DNA of 64,000 nt, taken from NCBI GenBank assembly GCA_964270895.1, contig OZ185453.1; one strand, given 5' to 3'. The notes below the pieces were generated by a model, which did not search any database, had not been told where the DNA came from, and saw nothing but the letters and a program-made list of their open reading frames with translations. This DNA is from Podarcis filfolensis (Eukaryota). Below, in pieces: positions 50,865-58,437 of this stretch. Numbering within the stretch: the first letter of the stretch is position 1; every line of letters starts with the position of its first letter. Made by a program: the position numbers and the translations under genes.

Positions 50865-52215
50865 ATAGTGCATCCACTCCTGAAAAAAACAATCCTGGAT
50901 CCAGCAGCATATGGCATCTCCCAGTCACAAATATCTCTTTACTGGGCACCGTCTTGAAAGGGTGGTGACGGATCAGCTTCAGGGACCTTTGGAGGAAGCA
51001 GATTTACTAAGCCCATTCCAATCTGGTTTCAGGCCCAGTTTCAAGACAGAATCAGGCTTGGTTGCCCTGATGGATGACTATTATCAGGAGAAAGAGTCTC
51101 TCAGTGACTTCTGATACCATCAGCCATAATATCCCCTTGGATGGCTCTGTGGGTTGGGAGTGGGAGCCAACCTACTGCAATAGTTCTGCTCCCACCTCCA
51201 GGAGTGGCATTGGGTGGGACTGCATGTCAGCCCCTTGTATTTTGCACTGTGGAGTTCCACAGAACACCGCTTTGTCCCCAGTGCTGTTCAACATGAATAC
51301 GTAGCCTTGGGTGTGGTTACTGGGGGATTTGGAGCACAATGTCATCAGCACACGTTGCATCTTAACCAGGTGTGGCTTTGCAAGTCCTGGACCAGTGCCT
51401 AGAAGCAGTGGAGTGGTGGATGAAGACTACTAAACTGAACCTGATGCCTAGTAAGATGGAAGTGCTGTGGGTGGGTGGCTCCTAGTTCAAAGAATAAAGT
51501 AGGAGGGTGTCTGCTCTAAATGGCATTGCACTCCTCCCAAAGGAGCAGTTTCACTGGAGGTACTCCATGATTCATCTTTGTCAAGGAAGACTCAGGTGAC
51601 TGCAGTAGCCAGAAATGCATTTTATCAGCTATGGTTGTTCCTGGGTGGAGATAGTCTGGCCACAGTGGCCTATGCATCCAGAACAGCAGCTAGTGCAGAA
51701 TCCAGTGGCTACACTGCCAAGCGGTGCAATCTACCGCAAGCATGTCACACCTGCAGTGGCTGCCCATACGTTACTGGGCCAGGCTCAAGGTGATGTTCAA
51801 GGTGATATAAGGCCCTATCAACTGCGAACCAGGGTACTTGAGGGAGCATATTCTCCCTTATACTGACCTGCCTCTTCACTGGGATCTATAGATCAGGTAC
51901 TCCTGATTGTACCATTGTCTGCATGCATCTGTTGGCAATCAGGGAGAGACATTTTCTGTTGTGGCACCCAGTCCCTCTCCTCCAAAAGACAACAAGCCCC
52001 AACTTTAACTGTGCTTCATCCTCTTTTTTATTTTGCCAAGCATTAGCTGATCTTTAATATTCAACTTTCAACTGCTCTGTTTTATGTATTTTTTAAATGT
52101 GGTTTACTGTATTTATGCTTTTGAGTTAATGTTGTTTTAATATATTCTGTAAACCATCCTGGAATTTGATAATGAAGGGAAGTAATAACAGTAACAATAA
52201 CAATAACATTAATAA
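50865..52215 (+). mobile_element. Degraded, internally deleted L2 LINE
   Basis: Remnants of LERVV..QL, PFQSGFRP..TE, GVPQ..LSPVLFN and KLNL..KMEVL. L2 3' end with an AAT-type tail. Confidence 0.8.
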
Positions 52216-52640
52216 TAGACAGCCTTCCAGCAGTCTTTGGGCCTTTGCTGGGGTACCAATTCCAAACCGAGATGAAACTGGGAGTTTCTGTGTGAAGTAG
52301 AGCAAAAGAAATGCAATCACACTATGCCTTGCAACAGATGACATGGTGGACAAGCTAGGAAAGGCTTAGCATGTAACTATTGCTGATTTGGCTAAAGGGC
52401 ACCAGAGTAGAACACCGACAGCAGAGGGACACAGCTGAAATCTTTTTGCAAAAACCACATGGAATTTTGCATCGTCATCATACATGCAGGTTAACTTTTT
52501 GGGAAGAATCCTGGTGGTTACTGTTTTAAAAAGTTATCTCAGTGATAGCTAGTGAAATGAAATGTTTTATAAATTAATGGACGGGAATGTGGAAATAGAG
52601 CTAAAGAAATTATGGGGTATGAACTAGGGTACGACAAATA

Positions 52641-52882
52641 CAGTCGTACCTTGGTTCTCAAACACCTTGCGATTCAAAAGTTTTGGCTCCCGAACGCCGC
52701 AAACCCGAAAGTGAGTGTCCCGGTGTGCGAATGTTATTTGGAACCCGGATGTCCGACACGGCTTCTGCTTGAGTGCAGGAAGCTCCTGCAACCAAGCAGA
52801 AGTCACGCCTTGGTTTTCGAACGTTTTTGGAAGTCGAACGGACTTCCAGAACAGATTCAGTTTGAAAACGAAGGTATGACTA
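52641..52882. mobile_element. Tc1/mariner (Tigger/pogo-like) MITE, 242 bp
   Basis: TA-flanked termini CAGTCGTACC / GGTATGACTA. Confidence 0.8.
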
Positions 52883-52968
52883 TACCCTATTAGATAGCAG
52901 GGTAGAGGAAGTTAAGGTTGGTTTTTTTCAGCTTCAACTGTAGGGCTCTTCTATCTCATGTCCTGCTC

Positions 52969-53187
52969 GTGGAATGCTCCCCTAGGGAGGCTCGCCGGAC
53001 ACCTTCATTACATATCTTTAAGCACCAGGCAAAAACATTCCTCTTCTCCCAGGCCTCTGGTCAATTAAGCAATCTAAGGCCTTTTTAAAAATATATATGG
53101 GGGGTATTGTTTTTGTTTGCTATTATAGTATGTATTATTGTGCTTTTATATTGTAAACCACCTAGTGATCTTTGAATGAAGGCTGCT

Positions 53188-53232
<45 letters not shown>

Positions 53233-53240
53233 TACTATTA
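52969..53240 (+). mobile_element. L2 LINE 3' end with (AAT)n tail
   Basis: gtggaatgctccc...caggcaaaaacattcctctt...tgtaaaccacctagtgatc followed by (AAT)n. Confidence 0.75.
53189..53232. repeat. (AAT)n microsatellite (L2 tail)
   Basis: Direct read of sequence. Confidence 0.95.
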
Positions 53241-54190
53241 TTGCTCCTGCTCAAGAAGTGGTAAAATCATTTCCCACTGTTGGCTCTCAATCCCCCTGCT
53301 GCACTTTGCTTAGGATAGCAAAAGGCCATCTGCGGCATCCTCTACGGGCCAGCTCACACACCCTGCTTCTTAGCCAGCAGGAAAAATGCCAAAATGCAAA
53401 TGGCGTTACAAGATGCATGCGGTGCCATCGGCTGTGAAAATGTAAGCCCGGTGCTGCCAGTTGCCAGCTGGGTTCCTGGGATTTATGCATAACCATCAGA
53501 GATCCGGACCTTTCCCAGTTGCTGCTTCCATATTTATGGAGGAAAAACCCAACTACTAAAAATGCACGTGCGCCATTCACAAGAGACAGCGCCACACTTT
53601 TTTTTTTCAGCTGATGACAAACAGCTGCATCTGCCTTCCCAGAACTTCTACCCATTTCCTTCAAGCAAAGTATTGCTTCTCTCCAGACGGTACTTCCCTT
53701 CCTGCAGGTGCTCTTACTTTTCTTATCTCCCTTTGTTCTCGCCTTCGCTCATCACAGATTCCCTCCTTCCTTCGGTTCTCCAGCAATTTTACTCCTGCTT
53801 CCTGACCTGTCTCTTCCAAAGGCTTTCATGTGTGAGGGAAAGATGAGCATTCATCGTGAAACGGTTCAGGTCAATGAGCACATGTGGCCACAGGGATTTT
53901 CCTTGGCCCGGCAACAGGGCTGCTCATGAGTCATGACACTTTTGCCCTTCCATCTCCCACTCTCTCTTTCCCAGGTTTTTCTTTCTTCTCTCATCCCGCA
54001 TATTTGCCCCCTCTGACCACTTTCTACCATTTCCCAACCTCTTCATTAAACACAACCAAGCACCCCATAAGCGAAATCTACTTTGTTAGGGTTTTAGTCT
54101 TGTTTAAAGCCTATTGGCTGTTTTCCTGTTTCTAACCATTTTTAAATTATTTTAATTTCCTTGAGATGGCTGTTTAGAAAGGAATAAATA

Positions 54191-54432
54191 CAGTGGTACC
54201 CCGGGTTAAGTACTTAATTCGTTCTGGAGGTCTGTTCTTAACCTGAAACTGTTCTTAACCTGAAGCACCATTTTAGCTAATGGGGCCTCCTGCTGCCGCC
54301 GCGCCGCCGGAGCCTGATTTCTGTTCTTATCCTGAAGCAAAGTTCTTAACCTGAAGCGCTATTTCTGGGTTAGCGGAGTGTGTAACCTGAAACGTATGTA
54401 ACCTAAAGCGTATGTAACCCAAGGTACCACTG
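54191..54432. mobile_element. Tc1/mariner (Tigger/pogo-like) MITE, 242 bp
   Basis: TA-flanked perfect TIRs CAGTGGTACC / GGTACCACTG. Internal repeats of (t)taacctgaa. Confidence 0.88.
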
Positions 54433-54635
54433 TAAATCAACAACGAAAAACATTCATTTCTTTCTATCTTCTTGGCAAGAATGACAGGCCATAAACTGCA
54501 TCTCGAACAGTGTCATGTAATGTATCCCAAAACCTCACTCAAAACCATTCTGTTTTCTAAACCAGCACCACTCCAATGCAAGGGATCAAACCCCATTCCT
54601 AAACCCACAAGCACAAGGAATCACACCCCATTCCT

Positions 54636-55009
54636 CTCAGTTGGTAGAGCATGAGACTCTTAATCTCAGGGCCGTGAGTTCGAGCCGCACGTGAGGTAAA
54701 AGATTCCTGCTTTGCAGGGAGTTGGACTAGATGATGAAGAAGAGTTTGGATTTGATATCCCGTTTTATCACTACCCTAAGGAGTCTCAAAGCAGCTAACA
54801 ATCTCCTTTTCCCTTCCTCCCTCACAACAAACACTCTGTGAGGTGAGTGAGGCTGAGAGACTTCAGAGAAGTGTGACTGGCCCAAGGTCACCCAGCAGCT
54901 GCATGTGGAGGAGCGGGGATGCAAACCCGGTTCACCAGATTACGAGTCCACTGTTCTTAACCACTATACCATGATCCTTGTGGCCCCTTCGTACTCTATG
55001 ATTCTATGA
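54636..55009 (+). mobile_element. tRNA-Lys(CTT)-derived SINE with CR1-type tail, interrupted by another SINE
   Basis: Head ctcagttggtagagcatgagactcttaatctcaggg.cgtgagttcgagcc closely matches tRNA-Lys. The body gttggactagatgat resumes at 54971 and ends ctctatgattctatga. Confidence 0.8.
54731..54970 (-). mobile_element. CORE/L2-tail-type squamate SINE (Squam3-like), nested
   Basis: Reverse complement reads ggtatagtggttaag (A box), gggtttgcatccc (B box), tgggtgaccttgggccagtcac core and a (TTC) tail. ATGAT is duplicated at 54731-54735 and 54971-54975. Confidence 0.8.
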
Positions 55010-55264
55010 AGCCCTAAACCATCAGCATCTCAAAGGCATCTCAAATATTCCTCCCCTTCTCCCTTACTGATTTTTTGATAGGAACTCCAACCCAGGATCC
55101 ACGAACTCTTTAATTTAAAACCCTCTGTTCTCATTTCCTACTGAAGCTGATCAGCAAGTGCCCATGAGCAAGCAATTAAGTTATAGAAAAGACAGTCACC
55201 TCTTAACTTGACGCAATAAGGCCAATAGCGTTTTCTCTCTAGAAAGCACCAATATTGGACTTAC

Positions 55265-55343
55265 CTTCTAGAGAAGATGCTACACTGAGGATGCATGCCA
55301 TCCACAGCCAAACCATCCTCGTGGATCTTCTCTTCCCTCTCAT
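55265..55343 (-). CDS. EPHB6: EphB5/EPHB6-type receptor, first coding exon, CDS part (MRGKRRSTRMVWLWMACILSVASSLE; signal peptide)
   Basis: Donor AAG|GTAAGT at 55264. Hydrophobic signal-peptide core ending SSLE, similar to recalled chicken ...GMDWLWLVCFFHLVTSLE. An in-frame TGA lies upstream. The start could instead be the second ATG (55316). Confidence 0.85.
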
Positions 55344-55457
55344 GATGGCGTTAGGATCCGTGTAGCTTCTTCAGAGCTTCCCGCATCTTCCATAAGTCAC
55401 AACTGCCTCTCAGCACATGTTCCAAATGGACCAGGGGGCCTGCAGATCTACATGCAT
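55340..55457 (-). promoter_or_regulatory. Cluster of upstream ATGs/uORFs in the receptor 5' UTR
   Basis: ATGs at 55457 (15 aa, stop 55410), 55453 (ATG-TAG), 55418, 55393 (17 aa, TGA overlaps the main ATG) and 55386 (11 aa, stop 55351). Confidence 0.6.
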
Positions 55458-55469
55458 AGGCAGCTCCAC
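55344..55469 (-). other. EPHB6: 5' UTR part of the first coding exon (internal exon, so further non-coding exons lie upstream)
   Basis: Pyrimidine tract plus acceptor tctctctcctttcag|GTGGAG at 55470-55471. Whole exon is 55265-55469 (205 bp). Confidence 0.7.
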
Positions 55470-55524
55470 CTGAAAGGAGAGAGACGGCAAAAAAAAAAGT
55501 CTTGGCTGAAAGAAACCACTGCAC

Positions 55525-55765
55525 CAAAAATAGGAATGGGAGTTAAATGGCTGAAAGGGGATTAGACAAATTTGTGGGAGACAGACTAATCAATGGCTAT
55601 TAGCCACTGTAACTAAATGGAACCTCCATGTTCAGCAGCAGAATATCAATGAATAACAGCTGCTAAGGGACCAGCATGGCAGGATGCTGCCCTGCTTTAA
55701 GCTTCCAAAAAGCATCTGGTGGGACACAGCTGGAAACAGAATGCTAGAACTCTTGGCTTGGTCCA
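55525..55765 (+). mobile_element. Degraded CR1 3' fragment
   Basis: aaaggggattagacaaatttgtggg...tcaatggctattagccac...gcatctggtgggacac...tggtccagcaaggct. Confidence 0.6.
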
Positions 55766-55873
55766 GCAAGGCTTTTCATCTTAAACCAGCCACTTCTTGT
55801 TCCAATTATTTCAGCACGGTTTGCTGTTCTTAACAATAGCCAAAGTGAGGGAAGAATCCATATTGAGCGACCT

Positions 55874-56338
55874 GGACTTCCGGGTTAGCGCCATCACCTA
55901 ATGGCGGATTCCCTCCGAGCTCCGGAGGGAATCGGCTCAGTAGGGGATGGGTCCTGCCGCGGCGGCGACGCGGGGACCCTCAGAAACCACAGGCGCTGAA
56001 GCCTGTGGACCTGGTGACTCGGCGGGCACCATTTGCGCCCCCCCGACCCGCGAAGGAGCCTTTTTAAAGGCTTCGGAACGGGGGACGGGGAGCGGCACGG
56101 TGCTGTGAGTCGACTGCTTCCCCTACGGAGTGAAGCCGCGTGCCATGGTCGGAGAGCGCTGACTTCTTCCTTTGAACATTTGGACTAAAAGTAACAACCC
56201 GTGAGTAATATGGAAACTGGACTTAAAATTTCTCTTTTGGATTAGGCACGATCGGGGAAGGCGCAAAGAGGAAGTCCGTCTCCCCGCCTTGTAAACATTT
56301 TAAAGCAAGGACTAGATAACTAAGGTTGAGAGAACACC
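55874..56338 (+). mobile_element. 5' part of an L1-related non-autonomous element, interrupted by the full-length L1
   Basis: Starts GGACTTCCGG like the inner L1 and is colinear with its first ~330 nt (ACCACAGG..CCTGTGG, AGTGAAGCCGCGT, ACAACCCGTGAGTAA). Ends at the left TSD copy. Confidence 0.8.
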
Positions 56339-57387
56339 GGACTTCCGGAGGCGGCGCGACCGGTAATGGCTGCCTTCTCCGAGTAAGGAGAAGGGAGCTC
56401 CGCTGTAAACGGGTCGTCCGCTACGGCGAAGCGGAGACCCATTCAGGAAAACCACAGGTGGCAGAAGCCTGTGGTCTCGGGACCCGGCGGGCGCCAGAAG
56501 CAGCCCCCAAAACGCTGAAGGGACCCCGTAAGGGGCTCCGGATCGCGGAGGGGGTAGCGGCGCTGTGGGTCGTTGCGCAAACAGCGAAGTGAAGCCGCGT
56601 TGCTGTTGCCGGTCAGCGCTGTCCTTTCTTCCTGCAACTTTTCTGAACTTTGGAAACTACAACCCGTGAGTAAATTTGGACATTGAAAACTTTCTGAAAC
56701 TTTTGTCAACTTTCTGAAACTTTTTGAGAACTTTATGAAACTTTTAAAACTTTTTTAAAAAGTTGAAATCTGGCTGAAAACGGAGTGAGGATAAGCAGGA
56801 AGCCCATCTCCCGCTATACTGAACTTTAAGCAAAGAGCAGGAGGAGTGGAGACAAAAAGTTATGCGTTAACTAAATGCTGGCACCCTGTTAAAGCAGTTT
56901 TCTGAGTGAAAGACTTTGAGCTATTGACTTTTGCTGGTCATATTCGGGGTGCATTGATATCCTTCTTCTGTGGCACCAGTGGATTATAAAATAAATAAGA
57001 ATCTCTGGTGCTGGAGCTGCCTGGATGAGCACCAGTTTGCAACTTTGGATACATTGAATTCAGGTTTTGAAACATTCTGAGTTGGAACTGGATACTTTGA
57101 AACTGTTGCAGTCAAGGCACTGTAAGAAACACTGTTTTGCTTTAAGTTTTACTCTGCTAAAAATAATACATTGTGGAGGCGATAGACATGGATTTAAATT
57201 TATAAGTTTAACTTGGATTTGATCTTTTCCCTGAAGACGTATTAAGCTCCCTCTAGAGGATTTTGGACTTACAGCAGTGACTTTGTTTTACTTTCCCTTT
57301 CCCGGCCTCTGTTTGACTATTGTATCTGGGACTCTGCTTTCTCATGGGAACAACTTGGATTGACCTTGGATTACAGATAACTTTGGA

Positions 57388-58422
57388 ATGAGTGGCGCAA
57401 GGAGAAGAGGAAGGACTAAACAAACAACTCTAACTTTATCTGCAGCCTCACAGCGTAGATCTTCTGTGCCGGCCTTGCCTTCCACTTTGCCTCCAGACAT
57501 AGAGGCGGCCTCCCTAATACAGGCAGGGGAGGGTGAGACAGAGGAGCTGCACCTGGGAGATATGGCTTCAGGGACAAGTAGCTCTGTCTTGGAGAAAATT
57601 TTGGAGAAACTGGAGGCTCTGGACAAGAAGGCTGATTTGCATACAGCTAAAATTGAACAGAACACAGAAAGCTTGAATAAGCTGACTGGACAAGTTGCAC
57701 AGAATGCCCAGTCTATTGGAGAATTAAAGGAGGCTGTAGGTGAAAATCGTAAACTGGCTGAAGATACTAGTCAAAGATTGGAAGAACTTGAGAAAGAAGT
57801 AAGACCACTCAGCAAACAAGTTGGAGAACATCAGATTTACTTTTTGATGACAGAACTGCGAAACAGGGAGACCAACTTGAGGATACGGTCAATACCAGAG
57901 GTGGAAGAAGATAATTTTATTGAATTTCTAACTAAGGAATTTGCCAAGTTTTGGAAGTTAGAGGAAAAAGACTTTAAAATTGTATCTGCTTTCAGGCTTG
58001 GCAGAGTCAGAAGGACAGAGAAGCCCAGAGATTGTTTGATAACACTGAGATCAAAGGAGGAAAGGGACAAGATTTTGGGCCTGCACTACGAAAAGTCACT
58101 AGACATTTTGGGCAAGAGAATTGAAATCTACAAGGACATTCCTAAGCAGTTGCTGGACCTTAGATCTAACTACACGGAATTGGCAAGACTGTTGAGAAGC
58201 AACGCAATTATCTTCAGGTGGGAGTTTCCACAAGGATTATCCTTTACCTACAGAGGGAGAAAGATCAAAATCAAAACAGTGGAAGATAGAGACAAGTTTT
58301 TGGGAGCACACGGAGAAGACCTCCACAAAGGACTTGGATTGCCAGCGCCAGAACTTCCAGGGGAGCCCGCCCCCTCGGATCCTCAAGGACCGGAGAACAA
58401 GGTACCACCCCAGAAAGAATAA
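57388..58422 (+). CDS. L1 ORF1p (344 aa; coiled coil, RRM, CTD)
   Basis: Heptad-rich N-half, RRM start motif RETNLRIRSIPE, and C-terminal DIP...RWEFPQGLSF typical of vertebrate L1 ORF1. A 15-bp spacer precedes ORF2. Confidence 0.93.
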   Translation: MSGARRRGRTKQTTLTLSAASQRRSSVPALPSTLPPDIEAASLIQAGEGETEELHLGDMASGTSSSVLEKILEKLEALDKKADLHTAKIEQNTESLNKLTGQVAQNAQSIGELKEAVGENRKLAEDTSQRLEELEKEVRPLSKQVGEHQIYFLMTELRNRETNLRIRSIPEVEEDNFIEFLTKEFAKFWKLEEKDFKIVSAFRLGRVRRTEKPRDCLITLRSKEERDKILGLHYEKSLDILGKRIEIYKDIPKQLLDLRSNYTELARLLRSNAIIFRWEFPQGLSFTYRGRKIKIKTVEDRDKFLGAHGEDLHKGLGLPAPELPGEPAPSDPQGPENKVPPQKE

Positions 58423-58437
58423 CCAGACCTATCCAGG

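Noticed and set aside
54636-54696. tRNA-Lys(CTT) gene
   Set aside because: The 5' acceptor-stem strand is missing and the sequence continues into a SINE body with a CR1 tail, so it is a SINE head.
56443-56709. Antisense ORF in the L1 5' UTR as an ORF0 analogue
   Set aside because: It starts at TTG rather than ATG, runs through the low-complexity array, and has no counterpart in the outer element.
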